Shown: positions 46,994-57,094, numbered from the stretch's first letter. The stretch: 64,000 bases of DNA from an uncultured Phycisphaeraceae bacterium (GCA_964610975.1 CAZSYN010000002.1:216076-280075); one strand, 5' to 3'. Translations and numbers: made by a program. The notes: generated by a model from the letters alone, not told the origin.

Positions 46994-47728
46994 TCAAGCG
47001 CGACGACGACGAGCCAGCAAACCCGCACCCGCCAAAACCATCACACCCATCGTGGCCGGTTCAGGAACGGCATTGACGGTAATGAGCGTATCGCCGGTAA
47101 CACTGTAATCCGCTACCACAGGATTGGTCAGCTTAACGTGCGTTGACGCCTGAGCACCCGAAACCGCATTTGCATAAAAAACTTGTATGCCGGAATCACC
47201 GCCAACCGGAGTAAACAGGAAGGAACTTGTGCCTTGCGCCAGGCCAACAATGTCACCCTCCATGATTGTAAAATAATCGGTCGTGCCAAGTTTATACTTG
47301 GCGGCAAGAGAACTCTTGGCGAGATTTGTAGTTGGCGGCGCATTTTCGCTCAGCAGCATTTCGTTCAGGCCGCCATTGGCAAGCTGCCCGCCGCCAGGCA
47401 TCATGTCCGGAGTCTGGTAAAGGCCCGAAAATTCACCACCAAAATCCTGCGCGCTTATCCACACGCTGGGAATGTCAGCTTGAATGATACCGGAAGTACC
47501 GCATTCAATGGTGTAAAAAAGTTTCTGAAAACCACCAACAACACCTAATGCGCCGGTGTTATCAGTGACTTTTGCCTCAATTGTGTAGTGAGCCGTCTCA
47601 CCAACGGCAATTGAAGTTTTATCAAAAGTAATCCGGATATTGGCTACGGCAGCGTGGCTTGCTGAAGCCGCAGCCAACACGACTGCGCCAGCCAGTAATG
47701 AACACATGGTACGATTCATAAAATACAC
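46994..47728 (-). CDS. secreted PEP-CTERM protein, hypothetical
   Basis: Signal peptide MNRTMCSLLAGAVVLAAASASHA. C-terminal VPEPATMGVMVLAGAGLLARRRRA. Confidence 0.7.
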   Translation of the reverse strand: MYFMNRTMCSLLAGAVVLAAASASHAAVANIRITFDKTSIAVGETAHYTIEAKVTDNTGALGVVGGFQKLFYTIECGTSGIIQADIPSVWISAQDFGGEFSGLYQTPDMMPGGGQLANGGLNEMLLSENAPPTTNLAKSSLAAKYKLGTTDYFTIMEGDIVGLAQGTSSFLFTPVGGDSGIQVFYANAVSGAQASTHVKLTNPVVADYSVTGDTLITVNAVPEPATMGVMVLAGAGLLARRRRA

Positions 47729-47788
47729 TCCATATTATAATAATCTCAAATGTTACGAATGTTTATCCACAGTGGATAAACAGTTCCC

Positions 47789-50440
47789 TTATTTGCGGCG
47801 GCGCATCAGCAACGCTACGCCACCGATTGCTGCGATTGCAACGGAAGCCGGTTCAGGAACAGATGCCATATATGCACTGAATGCCTCATCAAAACTGATG
47901 GGCCCCTGCTGCCAGTTCAATGAGATATAATTAAAGTCAGCGGCGTTGACGTAGCCATCGCCGTTGAAGTCGCCAGACGCCCACCCGCTGACGTTCTGCT
48001 GCCAACTGATGGACATGGCGCTAAAATCAGAAGCATTGACATAACCATCAAGATTTGCGTCACCAAAATGAGTGCCGAGAATACCCTCAACCAATTCAAT
48101 AACGTCATTTGTATTGATTTTCAGATCACCGTTCATATCGGCGGAGAGATCCGCGCGAACATTGATGAGTGAATTGTTGTTAGCACGAGTGAGCAGATCG
48201 GTAAAACCGCCGACACTATCACCTGTAGTAACGGCAACCAGGGAAACCTGGCCAGTGGCGCCGAGAACCTGCTTGATGACGTAATCAATATCAGCGGCGT
48301 TAATTTTGCCGTCATAGCCGGTCGGGGCCGCGCCTGCGGTCACGCCGGAAACATTACCGGCCACATCACCGCGGGCGTCGCCGGCCGCGTAGGCCTTGCC
48401 GGTGCTGTAAGCCGCAATGCCGAAATAATTTTTGCTGCCGGTAAGACTATTCCATTGATTATCAACTTCGGTAAAGCCTTTCTTGCGATCAAGTTTGCCC
48501 GTGCCAGAATCAATCGCAAGACCGTCAGCGAAATAACGGACGTCTTTTGAATCAAAATTGCCGTCACCGTTAAAATCACCCAGGATTTCGACCACCGCCG
48601 CACTGCCAAGATTAGCGCCGCTCTGGCCACTGTTGTGCGCTTTGGCCCATGCAGTAGCGTCTTTGGCGGCGCTCATCATTTCGGCAATCTGGCCGATATT
48701 ACGAACGCCAGTGCCGTTAAAGTCACCGGCAACCTTGTTACGGCCATTGAGTGCCGCGCCATAAGCAAGTGTCTGCTCGTTGCCGTCTTGATCAAAAAAG
48801 TGGTACGTTGCGCTCTTGCCATCAGAGTATGTGGCAGTATTCAAACGCGTGGGCGCTACGCCGGCATTAATGGATGAATCAGACACAAGCTTGGCGTTAT
48901 AGGTGCCCAACTGAAGCGCCGCATCCTGAACACTCTGAACCTTGTCGCCATTAGCAACCCACGCGGTAGCATCGGTTGCAGACTGTACATAATCCGAAGC
49001 GCTTGTGAGCAGATACGTGGTGTTGAGAACTTTGGCGGGCATGGCCGTATTCGTATCTGAATTAGTATACGCGGCATAATTGGCGATGCTCTCTTCAATA
49101 TTGCGGATATATTCAGCGGCGGCGGTATTGGCCATCTGCGGATTGGTGGTCGTGGCCGGATATTCCGCATTGACCGCAGTGGCGTTGGGATCGCCAACAG
49201 TGATCAATGTTTCCTGGCCGCTGATGCGCCAGCCAGTGTTGACATCGCCGTTGTGAATAATGCTTGAGGTACTGGAGGTCACATATTCAGTGCCGCCCTG
49301 GGTATCAAACATCACCTGCATTGATCCCCACTTTGCGCCGTTTTTACTCTGGGCACGATCTGAACCGTCATAACCAATGCCCAGGCGGGTATTGGTCAGA
49401 CCGGTTTCGAGATCACCTGATCCGGCATAGTTGCCCGGCTGATACGTTGCGCCGAGGATGTTGTTGCCGGCGGTGCTGGTGCCGATGTTTTCGCCAACGC
49501 CATAGGACGGATCAATCCCCAGCGAGTTCATGGCGGCATTGCGCGTGCCGGAAACGACGGAACGGGTTACCGCGACAAGATTTTCGCCATTGGCCATGCG
49601 GCCGGTGACGTATAGATGCTGAAGTTCTGAAGCTTTGATTTTATCCGTGCCTACGCCGGGATTGGCAACAATATTGATCGGGGCGATGGCAATGGCCGTA
49701 TCATATACGGTGCGGTTGTCTGGCGTAGTGGTCGAAGAGGCCAGGTTAAAAGTCACGCCGTTTGAGGTCAGCGAGGCGAGTTGATTGGTCTGGCCTGTGC
49801 TTGACGTGACGGAATTGGTGCCGTAACCGGCCTGAGTCGGCTTGCGATTCCACGCGGAAGTACCCGATGCCTGAACAGCCCATGTTGAACGCACATCAGA
49901 AGTTGCGATGTCTACGCCATTAAGAGCAATTGCATTGGGAATGCCGGTAACGGCATTTGAATTGGGAACAGAAACCGCACCATCACCCACAACTTTTGTC
50001 GTATTGACGTAAGCAACGGAAACGCCTGAACGCGGGACGCTCCAGTTGGTGGCGCCGGCGGCCGTGGCCAGCAGTTCCTGAATACCTTCTACTGAACCAG
50101 TGCCGCGATACACAACCGTCCACTGGCTGGTGCGGCTGACGCCCGCAACAGACGTGGCATAGCTGACATTGCTGCCGCCGTTGGTAAAGGTGGCCGTTGG
50201 CGCGAGCTGCTGAACATAATACGGCGTACCGTTGCTGTTGTATCCGTAAACACCGTCATTGTTCACATCAATGTAGTCATTGGTAGAACCGGGAGCTTTG
50301 AAGAAATTTTCAAAAAGCGTTGCGCCGGCGATGGATACGACTGTCGGCGTCGTGCTTTCCGCGTGAATAGCCTGCGTCACGGCCAGCGCCAGAATGGACG
50401 CTGCGGCAATGCCGCACATTTTACGTTTGTGAGATTGCAT
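47789..50440 (-). CDS. large secreted PEP-CTERM protein with dockerin-like Ca-binding repeats
   Basis: Signal peptide (MCGIAAASILALAVTQAIHA). 883 aa, Thr/Ser/Gly/Asn-rich. Paired D-x-N-x-D-G-x-x-N-x-x-D repeats (DFNGDGNFDSKDV, DMNGDLKINTNDV, DANLDGYVNASDF, DFNGDGYVNAADF). C-terminal VPEPASVAIAAIGGVALLMRRRK. Confidence 0.7.
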   Translation of the reverse strand: MQSHKRKMCGIAAASILALAVTQAIHAESTTPTVVSIAGATLFENFFKAPGSTNDYIDVNNDGVYGYNSNGTPYYVQQLAPTATFTNGGSNVSYATSVAGVSRTSQWTVVYRGTGSVEGIQELLATAAGATNWSVPRSGVSVAYVNTTKVVGDGAVSVPNSNAVTGIPNAIALNGVDIATSDVRSTWAVQASGTSAWNRKPTQAGYGTNSVTSSTGQTNQLASLTSNGVTFNLASSTTTPDNRTVYDTAIAIAPINIVANPGVGTDKIKASELQHLYVTGRMANGENLVAVTRSVVSGTRNAAMNSLGIDPSYGVGENIGTSTAGNNILGATYQPGNYAGSGDLETGLTNTRLGIGYDGSDRAQSKNGAKWGSMQVMFDTQGGTEYVTSSTSSIIHNGDVNTGWRISGQETLITVGDPNATAVNAEYPATTTNPQMANTAAAEYIRNIEESIANYAAYTNSDTNTAMPAKVLNTTYLLTSASDYVQSATDATAWVANGDKVQSVQDAALQLGTYNAKLVSDSSINAGVAPTRLNTATYSDGKSATYHFFDQDGNEQTLAYGAALNGRNKVAGDFNGTGVRNIGQIAEMMSAAKDATAWAKAHNSGQSGANLGSAAVVEILGDFNGDGNFDSKDVRYFADGLAIDSGTGKLDRKKGFTEVDNQWNSLTGSKNYFGIAAYSTGKAYAAGDARGDVAGNVSGVTAGAAPTGYDGKINAADIDYVIKQVLGATGQVSLVAVTTGDSVGGFTDLLTRANNNSLINVRADLSADMNGDLKINTNDVIELVEGILGTHFGDANLDGYVNASDFSAMSISWQQNVSGWASGDFNGDGYVNAADFNYISLNWQQGPISFDEAFSAYMASVPEPASVAIAAIGGVALLMRRRK

Positions 50441-50543
50441 GTTTTCCCTCCAAAAAATTCCTGTTTTCTCTTAACACAAGTGACATAAAACAGAAGAGCC
50501 ATAAGCTTTTCTGCCGAATCAGATTTTCAGCAAGCGATGTGCA

Positions 50544-51629
50544 TTATTCGCCGAGGGTCGACGGACCAACGCGCACGCGATTGTCGCCATTAATGGCGTA
50601 ATAACGATCACCCCATTCCCAGTTGGCGGTATTGGCTTGATCCACAACGGTTTGCGCGATGTTCTTTCTTTCAACATGGCCGTCAACATAAAGGAAGTTG
50701 GTGCTGCCGCCGTAATTTTTCCCGTTATGGGAATAACTTCCCGGATGATTGCGCCCCACGGCATTAAGCTGGCTTGAACTATCCTCAATCAACTGCTGGC
50801 CTGAATTGGCATAGGAATTAAGCGTGTTGATGTCATAAAGACTGCTGACATCCGTGGGAATAAAGAAATCAGAAGACGGATCGGTAATGTATTCATTGGT
50901 TCCGCCTGAAAGCGAAAAGAACGGAGAAACCGGGCGGTGGCTTTTTGAGACAACGGTTGCGCCGCCGCTGGCCGCGGTGATTGCTTTCCAGTTGGTGTTA
51001 AATTCAGTGGCGAGAATCGTGTGGGATTCGTTACGGACCTGATTACGCTTAACCCACACATTCAGGCGCTGGCCATTGCCACCATCAGCCTGCGCCACGA
51101 CGGGGCTGAATTTATTTCTGGGCATCACGGCCGCATTGGCGGTATATGCAACAAAAGGCCCCTGTTTATCTTCAATGCTGCTGGCGCTGCGGCCCTGGGC
51201 CGTCTGGTCAACCTGGCCGGGCATCCAGTTGCTATCACCGGGACCGGGGTTGGTACGCGGCAGACCGCCGCGTTCAAATTCCGGGCAGGTAAAAGCGCGG
51301 ATACCCGTTGAATTGCCAAAAAGAAAATAAGACCAGTGAGCGTAACCGGCCGGATGCGTGGCATCCTGATTATTAAAATCGACACTGCCGTCAGCTTTGG
51401 GATAAAAGTATGCCGCGGGAAACACATTGTCATTTTCCGCGTTATAGCTGGCCACAGCAGTACCGATTGAGCGCATCTGGGCGCCGCATTTGGTGGCGCG
51501 GGCGATGGCCCGGGCTTTGCCCAGGCTGGGTATCAAGATACTAATGAGAAGCGCAATAATTGCTACCACAACAAGAAGTTCAATCAAAGTGAAGGCGTTC
51601 TGAGAAGTTTTCCGCATCCGCAGCTCCAT
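50544..51629 (-). CDS. prepilin-type N-terminal domain protein with DUF1559-like C-terminus (PVC-type pseudopilin-like)
   Basis: N-terminal [24 protein letters not shown] is a type IV pilin-like hydrophobic segment. The C-terminus ends ...[14 protein letters not shown], the H-x9-DG-type end of the DUF1559 family. The leader lacks the canonical Gly at -1. Confidence 0.65.
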   Translation of the reverse strand: MELRMRKTSQNAFTLIELLVVVAIIALLISILIPSLGKARAIARATKCGAQMRSIGTAVASYNAENDNVFPAAYFYPKADGSVDFNNQDATHPAGYAHWSYFLFGNSTGIRAFTCPEFERGGLPRTNPGPGDSNWMPGQVDQTAQGRSASSIEDKQGPFVAYTANAAVMPRNKFSPVVAQADGGNGQRLNVWVKRNQVRNESHTILATEFNTNWKAITAASGGATVVSKSHRPVSPFFSLSGGTNEYITDPSSDFFIPTDVSSLYDINTLNSYANSGQQLIEDSSSQLNAVGRNHPGSYSHNGKNYGGSTNFLYVDGHVERKNIAQTVVDQANTANWEWGDRYYAINGDNRVRVGPSTLGE

Positions 51630-51777
51630 AAAATAATGTTGATTTCCCGTGCAAACAGAACAGCTCTATTGTTTGCACGCAAGACGCTCAGCTGGTCTAC
51701 CTTATTTTTTTGAGTGCGAGCACTATCGTCTAGTTGTTTTAAGAAAGAATGTCAGAGTTATTAAGATCCCATCATAT

Positions 51778-51863
51778 ATGCGCTAAATACGCGCAAACAT
51801 AATGCATAATACAGGCGCAAACAGGGCGTTTTCTTAACATCATCATGCGCAAATAACGCGCAT
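51778..51863. promoter_or_regulatory. two related 19-bp imperfect palindromes (ATGCGC-wAAATA-CGCGCA) 67 bp apart in a 600-bp AT-rich divergent intergenic region
   Basis: atgcgctaaatacgcgca at 51778-51795 and atgcgcaaataacgcgcat at 51845-51863. Candidate operator pair; no regulator gene is adjacent. Confidence 0.3.
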
Positions 51864-52227
51864 AATCCTTACCTTTTCGATGCTTATTTTATTTTGTATT
51901 CGTTATATTTTTATATTTACTCTTAATAATTCATACACTGATTCAAAACGAGGCAGCCGGTCTCCGTCAGACTTCGCGCATGATTTGCGCATGCGTATAT
52001 CCGCAAATAAGACGAATCGCCGATCTTTTGGCGCATCCGTTTCCCGCATGGCAATCAGCCATACAAACCGTGTCCGCATGACTTCAGCAACACGGTTTTT
52101 ATACCGATCAACCGCGCAGATTAACTCATTCTTAACACAATCAACATCTTTCGGCAGTTTTTGAAAGTTCACTTGGGCTCAACAGTAAATTCGCGTATTG
52201 TGGTAACATATAAAACCTGGAGGACGT

Positions 52228-53412
52228 ATGCGTGTTTTGATCACGGGCCAAATTGGTCTTGATAAAAAAAGTTACATTGAAGCGACCGCGGCGCTTGCCC
52301 GTGCCAACGGCGAAGACGTCAAAGTTTTTCATATTGGCGATATGATGTATCGCGAAGCGCCGGATGTGCGTCCCGGGCGCATTTTGGATTTGCCTCTGGC
52401 AAGGCTCAATCAGTTGCGCAGATCGGTCATGCGTGATGTGCTGGCCGAGGCCGGCCGGCATCAACATATCATCGTCAACACGCATGCCACATTCCGCTGG
52501 CGTCACGGGCTCTTCAGCGCTTTTGATTTTGACCAGCTTGCGATGTTCAATGCTGATCTGTATGTCACGCTTGTGGACAATATTGAGACGGTTCACCAAC
52601 GCATGGTGCGCGATCACGATCTTGAGCATTCGCTTAAAGATTTGATGGTCTGGCGCGAAGAGGAAATCCTGGCGACGGAACTTTGCGCCAAAGCCCACAC
52701 GTTGGCGCGCACGCCGGCCGGAGGAGATTCGCGCAGTGAACTCCCGCCGGCGCCAAAATATTACGTTCTTTCGCGCGGACGTCACACGGCCACGACGGAA
52801 ACGCTTTTCCGATTGATTTTCCGCCCCAATATGCGGAAGGTTTATCCGTCATTCCCGATGTCACATGTGATGGATCTTCCCGATACGCTCGCGGAAATTA
52901 ATGAGTTTCGCTCGGCGATGGCCAAAAAATTCATTACATTTGATCCGGGCGATGTGGATGAAAAAGTGCTTGCGGATACGGCGCTGGCCGCCGCGCGCAA
53001 CGGCCAGCAGTTTATTGACGTTCCGCCATTGCCTGGCCAGCAGCCGCAGGGCAATTCGCCGCATGATCCGGGCTCAAACAAACTGCCGGTGCGGGAAGTC
53101 ATGGACATTGTCGGCGACATTGACGGGCAAATTTACGCGCGCGATTTTCTGCTGGTGCGCCAGTCAGACATGATTGTCAGCTATATTCCTGAACTGCCCA
53201 CCGGCAAACCGGGACTCTCAAGCGGCGTTGAGCGCGAGCTTCAGCACGCCCACGAGCACGCCAAAGATGTCTTTGTCATCTGGAAGCCGCGCAAAGATCC
53301 CAGTCCGTTTATCACGCAGACGGCCAACAAGGTTTTTCATTCCGTGGCCGAGGCACTGGCGTATTTTGATCAGGCCGGGTTCTGCGTTCCGTATAGTCTC
53401 TTCGGAACGTAA
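52228..53412 (+). CDS. hypothetical two-domain protein: N-terminal P-loop-kinase-like fold, C-terminal nucleoside 2-deoxyribosyltransferase-like (Rcl/LOG-type) fold
   Basis: N-terminus MRVLITGQIGLDKKS... is glycine-loop-like. The C-terminus DFLLVRQSDMIVSYIPE...SSGVERELQHAHEHAKDVFVIW resembles the D-x-x-SD...G-[TS]-x-x-E-[LI]-G pattern of deoxyribosyltransferase-like N-glycosidases. The assignment is tentative. Confidence 0.4.
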   Translation: MRVLITGQIGLDKKSYIEATAALARANGEDVKVFHIGDMMYREAPDVRPGRILDLPLARLNQLRRSVMRDVLAEAGRHQHIIVNTHATFRWRHGLFSAFDFDQLAMFNADLYVTLVDNIETVHQRMVRDHDLEHSLKDLMVWREEEILATELCAKAHTLARTPAGGDSRSELPPAPKYYVLSRGRHTATTETLFRLIFRPNMRKVYPSFPMSHVMDLPDTLAEINEFRSAMAKKFITFDPGDVDEKVLADTALAAARNGQQFIDVPPLPGQQPQGNSPHDPGSNKLPVREVMDIVGDIDGQIYARDFLLVRQSDMIVSYIPELPTGKPGLSSGVERELQHAHEHAKDVFVIWKPRKDPSPFITQTANKVFHSVAEALAYFDQAGFCVPYSLFGT

Positions 53413-53469
53413 TGGGCTAAATCCGGGATCATGAGTGTTGATTTTCAAGCCCCGCTCCATCATGGGGCT

Positions 53470-53610
53470 GGGCACAACAGATGTGCGAGCGATCAATGTC
53501 TGTTGAACGCTTAATCATGTGCGAACGAATTACCCCCGATTCGTTCCAGTCATGAGCAATTGCCAACGATGATGAGTTTGTGCCCCATCCCATGAAGGGA
53601 ATGGGGCTTG
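53470..53610 (+). ncRNA. candidate structured RNA / repeat motif, copy 2
   Basis: Core gtttgtgccccatcccatgaagggaatggggcttg. The stem ccccatccc/gggaatgggg versus copy 1 ccccgcgcc/ggcgacgggg keeps pairing and a bulged A through compensatory changes. A distal arm gggcacaac lies ~100 nt upstream. A perfect 8-bp hairpin (gaacgaat...attcgttc) sits in between. Confidence 0.3.
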
Positions 53611-53901
53611 CTCAGACTCATGACCAGAATGGCCGGCAGGTCTTATATTATCATCACAGAATGAGTGGCATTGCGGATGAGATGAGCCAAAGAAAAAGCG
53701 GCCAAAATATTGCTCAATTCAGCCATTTTTGGTTGGCATTATCTCAGAAACAGTGTAAATAATACTTGTAATTTCTGCGAGCAACTCGTTTAACAACCTG
53801 CCGTCAATGTATGTAGTGGGTATCAGGGGAGAAGGCCAAAAGAAGGACTGAGCGCGACCAACAAAGCCGGCGCAGGTACTCTTTTGGTAATTGAGTGGGA
53901 T

Positions 53902-54801
53902 TATATGCGTAAGCGGATTTTTTCGTTGTTGGCATTCGGGGCACTGGCGGCAATCTCAACATCAGCAGGCGCGTCCACAATACGAACGGATAAGGCGGAT
54001 AGCCTGTATACGACGCTGGCCACGCTGCCGGAATATTCAGGCGTCGGCAAAGTTATTCATTCAACAGCAATTGGTTCAGGGACGCTCATCTCGTCGCAAT
54101 GGGTGCTCACAGCAGCGCACATGGTGAAGGATAAATCCGCGCTGCAATTTGTACTTGGCGGAACCACATATACCGCCGATTATTCTACGTACTATTCCGG
54201 ATATGACACCAGCAATTATTATGGCGATCTGGCGCTTGTTCATATCAGTTCCGCCATCTCCGGCGTTACCTACGCAACCTTATATTCCGGCACAACCAGC
54301 GACCTTGTAAGCAATCACCAGACAGCGACGTATGTGGGTTACGGTTATAACGGCACCGGCACATCCGGATTTACCACGAATACTTACGGTACAAAACGAG
54401 CTTTTCAAAATAAAATTGATGAGATCGCTTCAGATTACATCAGTACGTGGCCCGCTAACGATCTTTTGAGTGATTTTGATTCTCCCGGCGGCGCCAAAAC
54501 GCACATTGGTGATGGAGAACCGCTATCACTTGAAGGAAATATCGCGCCGGGCGACAGCGGCGGCGGCGTGTTCGTCAATATTGGCGGCACAACGTACCTG
54601 GCCGGCGTTATTTCTCTGCTGGGCTCAACAGATGGCACTAAAAATGCCAACTATGGTGATTTTTCAATGTCCGTCAGCGTGACGGATTTTTCTTCATGGA
54701 TTTACTCCACCATGTCCGCTTATGAGGCAACTATTCCCGAGCCGGCCAGCATGTCCCTGCTGCTCTCCGGCGGACTTTGGCTGCTTAAACGGCGCAAATA
54801 A
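53902..54801 (+). CDS. secreted trypsin-like (S1 family) serine protease with PEP-CTERM anchor
   Basis: Signal peptide MRKRIFSLLAFGALAAISTSAGAS. WVLTAAHMV (His site). GDSGGGVF (Ser site). C-terminal IPEPASMSLLLSGGLWLLKRRK. Confidence 0.75.
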   Translation, partial: YMRKRIFSLLAFGALAAISTSAGASTIRTDKADSLYTTLATLPEYSGVGKVIHSTAIGSGTLISSQWVLTAAHMVKDKSALQFVLGGTTYTADYSTYYSGYDTSNYYGDLALVHISSAISGVTYATLYSGTTSDLVSNHQTATYVGYGYNGTGTSGFTTNTYGTKRAFQNKIDEIASDYISTWPANDLLSDFDSPGGAKTHIGDGEPLSLEGNIAPGDSGGGVFVNIGGTTYLAGVISLLGSTDGTKNANYGDFSMSVSVTDFSSWIYSTMSAYEATIPEPASMSLLLSGGLWLLKRRK

Positions 54802-54825
54802 AAAAACGAAATCTGAATTGATCAC

Positions 54826-54860
54826 AAAAACGGGAAGAATATCTCTTCCCGTTTTTTATT
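54826..54860 (+). terminator. intrinsic terminator after the protease gene
   Basis: acgggaagaatatctcttcccgttttttatt. Confidence 0.65.
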
Positions 54861-55166
54861 GACACGAATTAACCTTTGGCAGTAACGTAAGGACATCTCT
54901 TTGAAGGTGCCGGATGATTGCCCCGAATGTTCATATCGCCTGATCACGCCATCAACTCACGAATGTGAGCTGATGGGCCGCTGATCATTGTGACCGCCGC
55001 ACAGGCACAGTTTGTGCGGAAGGTTTTGTTTTTAATTTTAACATTTAAGCTCATGCGTTTGTGCGCATGTATTGTGACGTGAGGAAATTTATGGCCACGC
55101 CCATTGTCGTTTCTGGTTTGTGCGAATTTGTGTTTCGTATCATATCTTCATCAATAAACCAGGATA

Positions 55167-55529
55167 TTGAACATGTCAGATCATTACCGCCATCGCGGAC
55201 CAAGCGAGGGCTTTATTTGCCGCCACTGTGGCCGCGGCGTTAATCCGTGCCAGTATGGCTCTCAGCATCGTAATCACTGTCCGTATTGCCTCTGGAGTCT
55301 TCACGTGGATGATGCGCCGGGCGACCGAGCCTCGCACTGCAAAGGCAGCATGCAGCCGCTGGCCGTGTGGGTACGCCAAGACGGAGAATGGGCCATTATT
55401 CATCGTTGCGCTTCGTGCGGATGTCTGAAAAGCAACCGCATCGCCGGCGATGACGACCCGTGGGCGCTCATGGCGCTGGCCGCGCAAGCCATCAGCCGCC
55501 CCCCGTTCCCCATCACGATGCCACAGTAA
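55167..55529 (+). CDS. RNHCP-domain protein (Cys-rich, function unknown)
   Basis: FICRHCGRGV...QHRNHCPYCLWSLHVDD...HRCASCGC: the literal RNHCP motif plus three Cys pairs. Confidence 0.6.
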   Translation: MNMSDHYRHRGPSEGFICRHCGRGVNPCQYGSQHRNHCPYCLWSLHVDDAPGDRASHCKGSMQPLAVWVRQDGEWAIIHRCASCGCLKSNRIAGDDDPWALMALAAQAISRPPFPITMPQ

Positions 55530-55534
55530 CCAAC

Positions 55535-55575
55535 AAAAAACCCCGAGGCCAAAACCTCGGGGTTTTTATTTGTTC
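55535..55575. terminator. bidirectional intrinsic terminator between the RNHCP gene and folC
   Basis: aaaaaaccccgagg-ccaaaa-cctcggggttttt. Confidence 0.65.
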
Positions 55576-55591
55576 ATTTTGTATGCTGCTA

Positions 55592-57094
55592 TCAATTCTG
55601 CTTGGCGGCCTGGCGTTCTGTGTAAAGCTGCTTGGCTTCGCCGATGAGATAAAAGCTGCCGGTGATGGTCAGCAGATCTTCGCGGCCGATGGCGCGCTCA
55701 GCGATCTCAATGGCTTCCGGCAGCGTTTGTGCCACCTGGGCCATTTTGCCATAACGCTCCGTATACAGATGCGAAAGCTCAAGCGGGTCGGCCGATTTGG
55801 GATTGTTGCGCGAACGCGTAAAGATCACCTTGTCGGCGCCAAGCGAAACCTGCTCAAGCATGCCATCAATGTCTTTATCACAGTTGCAGCCAAAAATCAC
55901 CACCATGGAGTCATACGGAATATGCTGGCCGATGCCGCGGAAAAGCGCCTGAACGCTTGCGGCATTGTGCGCGCCGTCAATGATCACACGCGGGTCCGTG
56001 GCGATGACCTCAAGGCGGCCGGAAAGCTTGAGTTTCTGCAAACCATCAAGCGCTTTGGCCTCTTCTATCTTAAAGCCGCGGCGCTTGAGCACATCAAGCA
56101 TGGCCAAAGCCAGACCGCAGTTAATCGCCTGATGCTCACCCATGAGCGGCACAGTCAGGTGCTCAAAACGGCTGATGTCAGTCGTCAGGCACACACGCAT
56201 GTGCGGGCCGATCGGGCGAGTACACTCAAAACGATACGAAAATTCAATATCCGTGCCGACAACCTGAAGTGTGGTTTTGGCTTCGGCCGCTTTGCGGCGG
56301 AAGACCGAAATCACTTCCGGGTCCTGAATGCAGGTGAGCGCCGGAACATCCTTCTTGAAGATGCCGGCCTTTTCTTCGGCAATCTTGGCGATGGTGTTGC
56401 CCAGCACAGCCATGTGATCTTTGCTGATGCTGGTAATGGCCGTAACTTCCGGCGTGATGACATTGGTAGAATCAAGCCGGCCGCCCATGCCTGTCTCAAT
56501 GACGGCGATATCCACGTTCTGATCGGCAAAGAAACAGAACGACATGGCCGTAAAGATCTCAAAGAAAGTCGGGCGGTCTGCACCCATCTTTTTGAGCACA
56601 GGTTCAATTTTTTTGACGTAATCAACCAGATCCTGCTGGCTGATCATCTCGCCGTTGAGCTTAATGCGCTCGCGGATATCAAGCAGATGGGGACTGGTAT
56701 AAAGACCGGTCTTAAGGCCGCCATGCTGCAACATTGTCGCAATCATGTGGCAGGTTGATCCTTTGCCCTTTGTGCCTGCGACATGAACGGTCTTAAACTT
56801 GAGCTGCGGATTGCCCAAATGCTTGAGCAGCGTCCGCATGCGATCAAGATTAAACGTAGACGTGTTATAACGCACCACGCGCATCCGCTCGTAGTCGGTG
56901 TGGCTCATCAGGAAACTGACAGCCTTTGCATAAGGGGAGGGTGGCTCAACTACCGGCTTGAGGGGCGGCGCCTTAACGCTCACCACAACCGGCGTTTTGA
57001 GTTTGGGGGCAGGTCTTGATCCTCGAGCTTTCGAGGACTTTGACTTGCCAATACGCCCCGGGGCCCGATTCTTGGACTTCAAGATGGTCGCCAT
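55592..57094 (-). CDS. folC: bifunctional folylpolyglutamate synthase / dihydrofolate synthase
   Basis: Mur-ligase fold: VAGTKGKGSTCHMIATMLQHGG, the Mg site, and the C-terminal domain. It has a ~60-aa basic Lys/Pro-rich N-terminal extension. Confidence 0.8.
   Translation of the reverse strand: MATILKSKNRAPGRIGKSKSSKARGSRPAPKLKTPVVVSVKAPPLKPVVEPPSPYAKAVSFLMSHTDYERMRVVRYNTSTFNLDRMRTLLKHLGNPQLKFKTVHVAGTKGKGSTCHMIATMLQHGGLKTGLYTSPHLLDIRERIKLNGEMISQQDLVDYVKKIEPVLKKMGADRPTFFEIFTAMSFCFFADQNVDIAVIETGMGGRLDSTNVITPEVTAITSISKDHMAVLGNTIAKIAEEKAGIFKKDVPALTCIQDPEVISVFRRKAAEAKTTLQVVGTDIEFSYRFECTRPIGPHMRVCLTTDISRFEHLTVPLMGEHQAINCGLALAMLDVLKRRGFKIEEAKALDGLQKLKLSGRLEVIATDPRVIIDGAHNAASVQALFRGIGQHIPYDSMVVIFGCNCDKDIDGMLEQVSLGADKVIFTRSRNNPKSADPLELSHLYTERYGKMAQVAQTLPEAIEIAERAIGREDLLTITGSFYLIGEAKQLYTERQAAKQN

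Noticed and set aside
51903-52172. 89-aa minus-strand ORF (GTG start) in the AT-rich intergenic region, and the overlapping plus-strand 51880-52164 ORF
   Set aside because: Non-ATG start without RBS. The two mutually antisense ORFs sit in a region better explained as a regulatory spacer. No motif.
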